Source of the DNA: an uncultured Acidimicrobiia bacterium
GTDB taxonomy: Bacteria > Acidobacteriota > Terriglobia > Versatilivoradales > Versatilivoraceae
DNA length: 64,000 nt
NCBI GenBank assembly: GCA_963786955.1
Contig: CAWBAT010000004.1
Span: 448,001 to 512,000 of the forward strand
Direction: 5' to 3'
Positions 46,054 through 54,851 of this stretch are shown one piece after another (within the stretch, counting starts at the first letter, position 1; every line of letters begins with the position of its first letter). The translations under genes and the position numbers were made by a program. The notes beneath the pieces are model-generated. The model saw nothing but the letters and a program-made list of their open reading frames with translations. It did no database searches and had not been told where the DNA came from.

Positions 46054-46503
46054 ATGCAAGCAACCAAAAATAGTAAAGGATTTTCACTAATTGAGTTGTT
46101 GATTGTTGTGGCGATCATTTTGATCATTGCCGCTATCGCCATTCCGAACTTGTTGAGGGCCCGACGCTCGGCCAACGAAGGATCGGCGACAGCTTCCATG
46201 CGAACACTGGGTAGTGGTGAACTACTCTATCGTTCCACCAACGGCAATTTCACCAGCCTGACTGGTCTTTCCGGCGACAGCATTATCGATAACGTGCTGG
46301 GAAGCGGAACCAAGAGTGGCTATGTTTTCGCTGCGACTCCGGGGACTTCCACCGACTTGCAGTTCACATCGACCGGGTCTCCGTCGGTATCTACTGGTGC
46401 GACCCAAACCGGTGCCCGCTTCTTCTTCGTTGACGAGACCCAGGTGGTCCGCTTCAACATCGGGGCAGCCGCGGATTCAGCGTCAGGAGCCATCGGCAAC
46501 TAG
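46054..46503 (+). CDS. pilA: Type IV pilin, probable major pilin (copy 3; mature protein 139/140 identical to copy 2)
   Basis: MQATKNSKG|FSLIELL...; manual alignment with copy 2. Confidence 0.92.
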   Translation: MQATKNSKGFSLIELLIVVAIILIIAAIAIPNLLRARRSANEGSATASMRTLGSGELLYRSTNGNFTSLTGLSGDSIIDNVLGSGTKSGYVFAATPGTSTDLQFTSTGSPSVSTGATQTGARFFFVDETQVVRFNIGAAADSASGAIGN

Positions 46504-46512
46504 ATGTTTGGG

Positions 46513-46557
46513 GGGGGAGTTGGATGGAATTAGAACCATCGTGCAACTCCCTCTTTT
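46513..46557 (+). terminator. Probable terminator after pilin copy 3
   Basis: GGGAGTTG-GATGG-loop-CCATC-gtg-CAACTCCC then TCTTTT. Confidence 0.65.
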
Positions 46558-46711
46558 AAACGGGTTGACTCGTGAGTCACTGGTGTGCAGATGGAAATTA
46601 TGTCAGCGCAACGGGATAAGAATTACCGTTAATTTTTGATTCCGCTCCATTCAAGGTTGAGCTTATGATATCGCTAGGACTCCGATCTCTTCAAGTTGTT
46701 GGGGTGGTTTC

Positions 46712-47674
46712 ATGCAGGTTGTCGTCTCGATTAAGGGACTAAGCAAAACCTACACCGCAGGTTTCTGGAAAACGAAGCGGGTTGTTGCCCTTGAAAATCT
46801 GACTTTAGAAGTCCATGAGAACGAGGTATTTGGCTATCTTGGACCGAATGGGGCCGGCAAATCAACGACACTGAAATTATTGATGTCGTTAATCTTTCCC
46901 ACATCAGGCACAGCCGAAATTCTTGGCAAGCCTGTCTCTGAAGTTTCCACACGTCAAGTCATTGGCTACCTTCCCGAAAATCCTTTTTTTTATGAGTATT
47001 TGACTGCCGAGGAATTTCTCTCTTTCTATGCAGGTCTCTTGGGGTTTTCGGCAGCAGAAACTAAAGAGCGTGTCTCATACTACTTGAAACTGACAGATAC
47101 ATTCCATTCTCGCAAGCTTCAATTACGAAAATTCTCGAAAGGCATGATCCAGCGCATTGGAATCGCGCAGGCCTTGATCAACGACCCAAAGGTCATCTTC
47201 TTGGACGAACCGATGTCAGGACTCGATCCTTTGGGGAGACGAGAAGTTAGGGATCTCATTCTCAAGCTAAAAAGCGAAAAAAAAACCATCCTCTTTTCCA
47301 CTCATATCTTGAATGACGTGGAAACACTTTGTGACCGCGTTGCCGTTTTGAGCCGGGGGCAACTCATCGGTTCAGGAAGACTGTCCGATCTAATTTCCAA
47401 AGAAGTAAAGTATATCGAAATCTTAGTTTCTGGAATGAGTTACGAGTTGGCTCGCAGTCTTTTCGATCCGTCTGCCTCGATCAGCGAGAGTGGCTCCATC
47501 CTGCGTTTGGAAGTCAGCCCCGAAACAAATCTCAGTGACATCGTGAGTCCCATTGAGCATGCCCACGGCAAGGTCATTTCCATCAACCCCGTCCGCCAGA
47601 CAATGGAGGATTACTTCTTTACCCTTGTGGGCAAAGGCACGCGGAAAGTACCCATGCACCCTTCCGATCAATGA
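46712..47674 (+). CDS. ABC transporter ATP-binding protein (pilin-associated, PilH/XapD-like)
   Basis: GPNGAGKST, FSKGM, LDEPMSGLDP, STH. Confidence 0.93.
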   Translation: MQVVVSIKGLSKTYTAGFWKTKRVVALENLTLEVHENEVFGYLGPNGAGKSTTLKLLMSLIFPTSGTAEILGKPVSEVSTRQVIGYLPENPFFYEYLTAEEFLSFYAGLLGFSAAETKERVSYYLKLTDTFHSRKLQLRKFSKGMIQRIGIAQALINDPKVIFLDEPMSGLDPLGRREVRDLILKLKSEKKTILFSTHILNDVETLCDRVAVLSRGQLIGSGRLSDLISKEVKYIEILVSGMSYELARSLFDPSASISESGSILRLEVSPETNLSDIVSPIEHAHGKVISINPVRQTMEDYFFTLVGKGTRKVPMHPSDQ

Positions 47675-47694
47675 TTGAGGTCTGTGATTGAAAG

Positions 47695-48468
47695 ATGAAG
47701 ATTGCTTTAATCTGCAAGAACACATTCAAAGAGTGCTTACGTGACAAAGTCCTTTACAACCTCGTCATCTTCGCTGTCCTGATCATCGCCAGTTCTCTCA
47801 TCTTAAGCTCAATCACGATTGGCGATGTTAAACAGATTATTATCAACCTGGGGCTAAGTACCCTTTCCATATTTGGAGTTTTAATTTCCATTTTCATCGG
47901 TATTCAGCTGGTTCACAAAGAAATCGATAAGAAGACAATCTATAGCCTTCTGGCGAAGCCGGTAGCCCGCTACCAATTCATCCTGGGGAAATACCTTGGA
48001 TTGGTATGCACCTTGGCCGTCAATGTCTCGGTAATGATCTTTGGCATTTACGCCTCCATATTTTATTTGAGACATTCTTTTCAGGTGGGGGACATCCAGA
48101 TCCTGTTTGCCGGGGTCTTGATTTTGATCGAGCTGATGGTAGTCGTCGCTATCGCTTTGTGCTTTTCTACTTTCTCGACCCCCGCACTCTCAGCACTATT
48201 CACCTTTTTTCTATTCGTCATCGGCCATTTCAATACAGACATCAAAGCCTATGGGTTGGCGAGTGGCTCCTTTTCAGTCAAAGTCATTTCCTCGACCATA
48301 TATTACTTGCTGCCGAATTTTGAGAATTTTGATGTGATCTCGTCAACGGCGCATGGCAATTTCATGGCATCCCATTTGTATTTGGAATCGCTTTTCTATG
48401 GGCTGGTTTACTCTTTGGCCGTGGTCCTGATTTCTATCCTCATCTTTGAACGCAGAAATTTTAAATGA
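47695..48468 (+). CDS. ABC-2 type permease (PilI-like)
   Basis: NTFKE..RDKVLYN, KEIDKKTIYSLLAKPV.R.QFILGKYLG, FERRNF; about six TMs. Confidence 0.88.
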   Translation: MKIALICKNTFKECLRDKVLYNLVIFAVLIIASSLILSSITIGDVKQIIINLGLSTLSIFGVLISIFIGIQLVHKEIDKKTIYSLLAKPVARYQFILGKYLGLVCTLAVNVSVMIFGIYASIFYLRHSFQVGDIQILFAGVLILIELMVVVAIALCFSTFSTPALSALFTFFLFVIGHFNTDIKAYGLASGSFSVKVISSTIYYLLPNFENFDVISSTAHGNFMASHLYLESLFYGLVYSLAVVLISILIFERRNFK

Positions 48469-49322
48469 AGCTCATCGCCCTGCTGTTGCTCATCGTTGCC
48501 TGCCTGGGGATCTATTGGTTACAGTCGGCTATAGACCGGCAAACAGGATTCATTCATCATAATGAAGAGGCCCTCTATTGGCCTTCAGGGAAAGTGCTCA
48601 AGGCTCTTTCTCTGGGACATTACGGCTTGATTGCCGACATTTACTGGATGAGGGCGGTTCAGTATTACGGGGGGAAACGCCTCCAAGATGCAAAAGAGTT
48701 TAAATTACTGGAGCCCTTGATTGATATTGCGACAACCCTCGATCCTCAATTACTTCATGCTTATCGTTTTGGATCTATTTTCCTGTCTGAAAAATCACCC
48801 ATTGGAGCACAGCAGCCAGCAAAAGCGATCACTCTGCTTGAAAAGGGGATTCGGTACAATCCAGATGAGTGGCAGCTCTACAGGGATTTGGGATTTGTAT
48901 ACTATTGGTACTTGGAAGATTACAGGAAGGCAGCAGAGTGGTTTCTTGAAGGAAGTAAAAATCCTAAATCTGCCAGATGGATGAAGACATTTGCCGCTGA
49001 ACTTCTCGCCAAAGGGAATAGCCGGGAAACCGCGAAATTCCTCTGGCAGGAGGTTTACGACACTTCCGACAGTGGGCCGCTCAAAAACAATGCGAAGGAA
49101 AATCTCCTGAGATTGCAGGCCCTCGATGAAATCGATATCCTGAAAAGTGTGGTCAGCAAAGTCGAGGAAAAGACAGGAAGAAAAGTGTTATCCATGCAGG
49201 AATTGGTCCAGTTGGGGCTTTTCAAGCAACTGCCACTCGATCCTAAAGGCTTCCCTTATGCTTTCAATCCGGAGACTGGGGAGATCGGGCTTTCGTCAGA
49301 AAGCACCATGAAGCGGTACTAA
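48465..49322 (+). CDS. Membrane-anchored TPR-like protein (PilG/XapA-like)
   Basis: N-terminal TM, ADIYWMRAVQYYG, TTLDP, LLEKGIRYNP..WQL...LGF, DPKGFPY. Confidence 0.8.
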   Translation: MKLIALLLLIVACLGIYWLQSAIDRQTGFIHHNEEALYWPSGKVLKALSLGHYGLIADIYWMRAVQYYGGKRLQDAKEFKLLEPLIDIATTLDPQLLHAYRFGSIFLSEKSPIGAQQPAKAITLLEKGIRYNPDEWQLYRDLGFVYYWYLEDYRKAAEWFLEGSKNPKSARWMKTFAAELLAKGNSRETAKFLWQEVYDTSDSGPLKNNAKENLLRLQALDEIDILKSVVSKVEEKTGRKVLSMQELVQLGLFKQLPLDPKGFPYAFNPETGEIGLSSESTMKRY

Positions 49323-49424
49323 TACAAACGCATTATGTATTGTTACGAATGACCCACGCCTCGCTCAGCTCAACGTGGCTACCAAAGCGGGATTGCAACG
49401 CGAGTTTAATACGTTTGCATTAGT
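49318..49424. repeat. 18-bp terminal inverted repeat enclosing a structured ~107-bp element between convergent genes
   Basis: ACTAATACAAACGCATTA (49318-49335) vs TAATACGTTTGCATTAGT (49407-49424): 16/18 Watson-Crick, both mismatches G-U on the minus strand. Confidence 0.8.
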
Positions 49425-51030
49425 TAATCTCATAAACATAATAGGCATGTCCTACAATGGTGACCGGTTTTTGATGACGTAGCCAGTTGAGTGGGTTTTC
49501 TCCAAATACTTTGTCGAGAACATTCCGGCCACGCGGAATACACTGAGCACTCAGGATAACCAGCCCTCGCGTGGGACGAACAAAAAAATCCATGTCAGTT
49601 ATGCGCCTTCCGGTGATCCCATAGAATTGGGGCCTACCCGTTCCAAAATAACAGTAGGCATAATCTTCAATCCGATGTGATTGTAAATACGCTTTGAGCT
49701 GTTTCAAGCCTTGCCCCCAATCTACATTCGAATTATCCAGCCATTCGATACCGTTCTCTGGTCCTCCCGCAACTTGATTAAAGTAAGATAGATGGTCCGG
49801 CATAATACTTACCCATTCTGTGACTAACCAGAGGAGGCCCGCAATTAATGCTACTCGGAAGGGCCTTCCCATCTCCTGGAGAGACGGGACAAGTCTGGCG
49901 GCAAAAACAAACATGAATGGAAAACATGGAATCAGGTAGCGGATTCCGATGTCGTCGCCGAACAGAGAGTAAAAGATTAGAAATCCAGAAAACGGGACCC
50001 AGAGAAAGGCCTCATCCAATAAACTAGCTCTTCGATGCGCAAGGTAAAGCCCGAATGCAGCAGCGAGGAAGAGAATTATCGGGATGGGCGTCTTCACCAG
50101 CCAAGCAATTACGAGATAGTATTTCCATCCACCTTGTTTGAGTTCTCCCATGAGGTAAAAGTAGGGATTCTTGCCGTGGTCCTGGTTTACGGCTTTGATG
50201 CCTTTCCAATAGAATTGCGGGTCGGCAGGGCAAAAGTAGATGATCCACAAAAACAGAGCCGCCAGGATGCCCATTATTAGTAAAGCGCCCAGGTTCCTCA
50301 GTAGCTTGATAGGAATCAATGGCTTGGTCTCAACCAGCACTTTCCTGGCAGTTTCCAGCCCGGCAGTTGCTGAAGCACTCGAGCTACTTATCATGATCAG
50401 AACTATTGAGATAGGTAGAAGAACGATGGCAGAAAACTTTGCACCCAGAGCCATTCCTAATCCAAGTCCGGCAAGGCAGAGCCGCTTCCAACCGGGGTCC
50501 GAAAGATAACCCCTCAATAAGTACAAATAGAGGGTGGAGAAACAGGCCACCCCAATATCGGTCGTGACGAGCTGGGAGTGAGCTGTAATTGTCGGATCGA
50601 AGGCATACAGAAACAATGCAAAGAGACCTGCTGATTTCCCCCACAGATCCGTCGCCCAGCGCATGATCAGAAGACCCAGCCCGACGGACATCAGCACCGC
50701 CGGCAATCGCCCCCAGAACAAAATCTTGTCAGCATCCTGGGAGAAGAGGAACTCTTCGCCGAAATTCCACTCGCTATCGGGGAAGCTCCCTGGGGTCCTG
50801 ACCCCAATCAAAAGCAGAGGTAACGCGCAAATTTCTTTGATGAAAGGCGGGTGCTGCTGATTATACCGGACGGCATGCTGAATTAGGTAGGAGTACCCGG
50901 AAGGCAAATGAGTCACTTCATCGAACGTGACAGACTTACTCCGCATCAAGACAACCGGAGCCAGAAAGACAAATCCGAGAAGGAGGAGCCGCGCTGCGCT
51001 CGTTCTGGAAAGCTTCGAACGGATCTCCAT
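49420..51030 (-). CDS. ArnT/PMT-like GT-C glycosyltransferase (GT39/GT83-like)
   Basis: TFDEVTH..GY, HPPFIK, LVTTD, AKFSA, GIRYLIP, DNSNVDWGQ; start at 51030 assumed. Confidence 0.85.
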   Translation of the reverse strand: MEIRSKLSRTSAARLLLLGFVFLAPVVLMRSKSVTFDEVTHLPSGYSYLIQHAVRYNQQHPPFIKEICALPLLLIGVRTPGSFPDSEWNFGEEFLFSQDADKILFWGRLPAVLMSVGLGLLIMRWATDLWGKSAGLFALFLYAFDPTITAHSQLVTTDIGVACFSTLYLYLLRGYLSDPGWKRLCLAGLGLGMALGAKFSAIVLLPISIVLIMISSSSASATAGLETARKVLVETKPLIPIKLLRNLGALLIMGILAALFLWIIYFCPADPQFYWKGIKAVNQDHGKNPYFYLMGELKQGGWKYYLVIAWLVKTPIPIILFLAAAFGLYLAHRRASLLDEAFLWVPFSGFLIFYSLFGDDIGIRYLIPCFPFMFVFAARLVPSLQEMGRPFRVALIAGLLWLVTEWVSIMPDHLSYFNQVAGGPENGIEWLDNSNVDWGQGLKQLKAYLQSHRIEDYAYCYFGTGRPQFYGITGRRITDMDFFVRPTRGLVILSAQCIPRGRNVLDKVFGENPLNWLRHQKPVTIVGHAYYVYEIN

Positions 51031-51031
51031 T

Positions 51032-53578
51032 TTACGCCAAAGCATGCCTAAGGGCTGCTCCTCTCTTTGAAGAAATCCACCACACAGGCCACGAGAGTAG
51101 CCACACCAGGATCGTGCCAAGAGTCAAATATAGACCACGGGTAAAAGACTTGGGCTGATAGTAGACTGAAATCCTGTGTTGGCCAAGGGGTAGTTCGATA
51201 GCCTTGTAAACATAATTGGCTGCAATCACAGGAACGTCTTGACCGTCGACTGTAGCCTTCCAGTCGGGATAGTAGCTGTCGACTAATACCAGAATTCTTT
51301 TTTGGTCTGTCGTCGCTTCCATTTCGACACGATTCGGTAAATAGCTCAAGATCTTCACTGCCCCTAGAGAGGGTTGACGAGCCTCTCGTTCGTCCTTTTT
51401 CACTGAAGCAGACGGTGACTGTACAGAAAGATACTCTCGGTATGCCAGGGCATCGCTCTGGGATTTATCGGAATTAACCAGAAAAGCTCTCGGTAACTTG
51501 TTGAGGACTCTGTACAAACGCAATGGTTGCGGACTGTTGACCTCAAACTCCGAATCCAACGCGACCTGCCCACTATCGATGTGATGCACCGCCAGCACAT
51601 AGCCCACGTTCAGCCCAGCCAGCAAGCTAAGCTTTTCCTCGGAGGAAGCGGCTTTTGTGAGCTCTTCGTTGATCGCCTGACTGGGCAGAGTTTCCAGTCG
51701 GTCGACAGGTTGGAAGACAGAATATTGGATATGGTCCTTGGCCGATAGGAACTGGGCCAGTGTCAACTTCCGATAAAAAAATTGCCAGGCTATGGAATCA
51801 CTATTTCCCAAAAGCATTAGTGGGTCCTTCTCTGCTTCCGGGTTCCCGAGAGAGTAGATGCGAAACAAACCTTCCTGCTTCATTTTCTCCTGCAAATAGA
51901 CTGCAGCTGGAGCCGTTTCATACAACTCATCACGAATAACCGGATTAATCCAAAAGTTACTTGTCAGCAAATCGAAAAGGATGATTAGGACTACGGCAAA
52001 ATGCAGAAAATGCCAACGAATTTTCCGGATCCAAACCAAAATCAGAAAAATAGCAAAGAGCCCGAGCTGCATGCGCAAGTGCTGCACAGAACCGGCAAGT
52101 ATCAATTTGCTGAGCAGGAGTTCTTTGCCTTGAGTAAAGAACTGGAAATACTCGGCCCCATCAGTACTCTGTTTCACATTGCGCCACTCCAGAAAAGACA
52201 TGATGCCAGCGGCAATGATAAAAATGATCCCTGCAATCAAACAGAAAGCGATGAACCCGCGTTTCCGAAACAGCTGCCTTATCGTGTACTCTTTGCGCAT
52301 TTCACAAATTCTGTCAAAACCAATGCCGGCAAGCAAAGAGATGCAAAAATTGGACACGAGTAGGTACTTAACGGGGTAACGCCCGTACCGAAAAAGCGGA
52401 CAATGATGGAACAACCAGGGGTAGACAGGACTGTATTTTCCGATCGCAAGAATAAGAGAAATACCCAATAGCAAAGCCAAAGTCCGGGTCATCCATCTGA
52501 CGCCGGAATTGCAAATTGCAAAGAAACCCAGGAGTAAGGGGAACATCCCCAAATAACAAGAAAGAAGATAAGGCTCTCGGTTCTCAAAAAACACACTGGC
52601 CCAGGAGGAGGACTGGGTTAATCGGAAGTAATCACCAAAGATTCGGGGCATCCCTAACTGGAGGAGCATGATTGGATGCATGGACCAACCAGCCACCATT
52701 CCGAAGTCAAGCCCACTCCGGCGACCCGAATGTTGAATCAGTTCCAGCGTGGGCAGAATTTGAATGCTCGCTAGTAGCAGCCCTGATGAGCTTGCCAGTA
52801 AGGCCCACCCCAATGGCCGAAGCCTCGCAGAGCTTACTTTTCCAGAGAAATACAGATAGGCTCCGAGAAATCCTCCAAGGAAGAGAGCTATGGCAATCGA
52901 AGACAATGGCTCAAGGAGTAGAAAAAAGAAGCCGAAGACGAGACTCGTAACCGCAAGCCTTAGAAAAGTCACTTTATCCAGAAATCGAAGCAGAAGCAGT
53001 GTAAGCAAGGGCAAGTAGGCAACAACAGGAAGAATGTTGAAAAGATTGACAAAGGAAAGCGTCACGCCACTGTAATTGTAAATTACAGCAGACAGAAAGG
53101 CAGAAAACGCGGAAAGCCCTAACCTTCTTCCCAAGAAAAAGGTGGCAATTCCTGCCAAGATACAGTGGAGGACAAAATGTAATTCGAACGCAGTTTCGAA
53201 TGACAAGATTTGAAAAAGAATCTGAGTCGGGTAGAAAGCCATCGAGTTGGGGTTCGCCAATAAAGGTTGACCCAACTGGATGTATGGGTTCCAAAGTGGC
53301 CATTCTCCCCGCGCATACGCTTCGGTAACGAGACGCTTTAAGGGGTAGTGAAAAAATGACACATCACGAAAAAAGAATGTCTTGTCGGTAAACAAGGCAT
53401 CGGAAAAAAACAGAAGATTCAGCAACACAATCAGGAAAATCCAAAATTCACTTCGATTGAACACACCCCTGAGGAGAGTCTTTTGAGGTTGATTATCGTT
53501 CTGAGCTAGAAGGATCACTTTAGGATCAACAGGTAACGGAGGTTCTTGGAATACTATACCAAGTAATTGATTCGTCAA
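51032..53578 (-). CDS. YfhO-family GT-C membrane protein
   Basis: FFRD....YP, GEWPLWNPY..GQPLLAN, C-terminal LVLVDSYYPDWKATVDG...G.H.I..YYQP; start uncertain. Confidence 0.85.
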   Translation of the reverse strand: MTNQLLGIVFQEPPLPVDPKVILLAQNDNQPQKTLLRGVFNRSEFWIFLIVLLNLLFFSDALFTDKTFFFRDVSFFHYPLKRLVTEAYARGEWPLWNPYIQLGQPLLANPNSMAFYPTQILFQILSFETAFELHFVLHCILAGIATFFLGRRLGLSAFSAFLSAVIYNYSGVTLSFVNLFNILPVVAYLPLLTLLLLRFLDKVTFLRLAVTSLVFGFFFLLLEPLSSIAIALFLGGFLGAYLYFSGKVSSARLRPLGWALLASSSGLLLASIQILPTLELIQHSGRRSGLDFGMVAGWSMHPIMLLQLGMPRIFGDYFRLTQSSSWASVFFENREPYLLSCYLGMFPLLLGFFAICNSGVRWMTRTLALLLGISLILAIGKYSPVYPWLFHHCPLFRYGRYPVKYLLVSNFCISLLAGIGFDRICEMRKEYTIRQLFRKRGFIAFCLIAGIIFIIAAGIMSFLEWRNVKQSTDGAEYFQFFTQGKELLLSKLILAGSVQHLRMQLGLFAIFLILVWIRKIRWHFLHFAVVLIILFDLLTSNFWINPVIRDELYETAPAAVYLQEKMKQEGLFRIYSLGNPEAEKDPLMLLGNSDSIAWQFFYRKLTLAQFLSAKDHIQYSVFQPVDRLETLPSQAINEELTKAASSEEKLSLLAGLNVGYVLAVHHIDSGQVALDSEFEVNSPQPLRLYRVLNKLPRAFLVNSDKSQSDALAYREYLSVQSPSASVKKDEREARQPSLGAVKILSYLPNRVEMEATTDQKRILVLVDSYYPDWKATVDGQDVPVIAANYVYKAIELPLGQHRISVYYQPKSFTRGLYLTLGTILVWLLSWPVWWISSKRGAALRHALA

Positions 53579-53640
53579 GTTTTAGGGGAAACATTAGGGG
53601 GACCTGCGCAGTAACAACAGACGAGGGGATACCAGGCGAG

Positions 53641-53681
53641 AATAAACAAACGCGCTCCAGTCCATTGGAGTCGCGTTTGTC
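53641..53681 (-). terminator. Intrinsic terminator after recA
   Basis: ACAAACGCG-CTCCA...TGGAG-t-CGCGTTTGT stem, T-rich tail on minus strand. Confidence 0.75.
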
Positions 53682-53698
53682 TGACGTGCTGTTAGTTT

Positions 53699-54778
53699 CT
53701 AGCCGCGGCTAGCTTTTGCTTTGTTTACAGCCTCTGGAGAAACCGTCGGCTGCCCTCCCGACTCAGGAGTAGGAGCGATCGGGATATTCAACGCACGGCG
53801 CAAATCTTCATCGATCTGGCGGCTGATATCGGAGTTTTCCTTAAGGAACTGTTTCGCGTTCTCTCTGCCTTGTCCTAAACGTTCTCCCTTATACGAGAAC
53901 CAGGCACCACTTTTTTCGAGAATACCTTTTTCAGCTCCAAGATCGATGAGATCTCCTTCTTTCGAAATTCCAGTTCCGTACATGATGTCGAATTCCGCAT
54001 CTCTGAACGGGGGCGCAACCTTGTTCTTGACGACCTTGGCTTTAGTGCGACTTCCGGTAATCTCATCTCCATCCTTAATTGAAGCGATACGACGGACATC
54101 GATTCGAACCGACGCGTAGAACTTGAGAGCACGGCCACCGGTCGTCGTCTCAGGGTTTCCAAACATGACACCGATTTTTTCACGAATCTGATTGATGAAG
54201 ATCAAGGACGTATTTGATTTGGATACAATTCCGGTTAACTTTCGCAAGGCCTGAGACATCAACCGGGCTTGCAACCCCATGTGGGAATCACCCATTTCTC
54301 CCTCAAGTTCGGCTTTAGGAACTAGGGCAGCCACGGAGTCGATGACACACACATCCAAGGCGCCACTTCGCACCAGCATCTCGGAAATCTCGAGCGCCTG
54401 CTCTCCATTGTCCGGCTGCGAGACCAGCAGATTGTCGACATCAACCCCAAGTTGTCTCGCATAACCCGAATCAAGGGCGTGTTCTGCATCGATAAACGCC
54501 GCCATGCCCCCGGTCTTCTGCGCCTGAGAAATGATATGCAAGGCGAGAGTTGTCTTACCGCTGGACTCCGGGCCAAAGATTTCGATGACTCTCCCACGCG
54601 GGACACCTCCCACTCCCAATGCTGAGTCGAGAGCTAACGATCCCGTGGGAATGATGCCCCCATTGATGACGGATTCCCGACTACCCAATCGCATAATAGA
54701 CCCTTTACCAAACTGTCTTTCAATTTGTACCAGAGCCAGGTCTATCGCCTTTCCCCGCTCTGCCTTATCATCCGCCAT
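53699..54778 (-). CDS. recA: Recombinase A
   Basis: [32 protein letters not shown]. Confidence 0.99.
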   Translation of the reverse strand: MADDKAERGKAIDLALVQIERQFGKGSIMRLGSRESVINGGIIPTGSLALDSALGVGGVPRGRVIEIFGPESSGKTTLALHIISQAQKTGGMAAFIDAEHALDSGYARQLGVDVDNLLVSQPDNGEQALEISEMLVRSGALDVCVIDSVAALVPKAELEGEMGDSHMGLQARLMSQALRKLTGIVSKSNTSLIFINQIREKIGVMFGNPETTTGGRALKFYASVRIDVRRIASIKDGDEITGSRTKAKVVKNKVAPPFRDAEFDIMYGTGISKEGDLIDLGAEKGILEKSGAWFSYKGERLGQGRENAKQFLKENSDISRQIDEDLRRALNIPIAPTPESGGQPTVSPEAVNKAKASRG

Positions 54779-54851
54779 GGTTTACCCCCTGAAATAATTT
54801 AATCATCGTTTCTCATCTTCGGTAATGTCGTCGCGCCAATGCGCAGGCAAG

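Larger units (their letters stand above)
45372..46503 (+). repeat. Direct repeat: duplicated pilin coding region (45372-45797 and 46078-46503)
   Basis: Gap-free codon alignment over 141 codons, 28 differing codons. Confidence 0.95.

Noticed and set aside
45351-46503. Electrically conductive (e-pili) pilins, suggested by Geobacter-like gene context
   Set aside because: Only 10 aromatic residues in 140 (about 7%) and none between F1 and Y50, which does not fit the proposed aromatic-density criteria
53699-54778. recA proximity as evidence for a dedicated pilin-variation system
   Set aside because: Ordinary housekeeping recA about 7 kb away with its own terminator; linkage alone is not evidence
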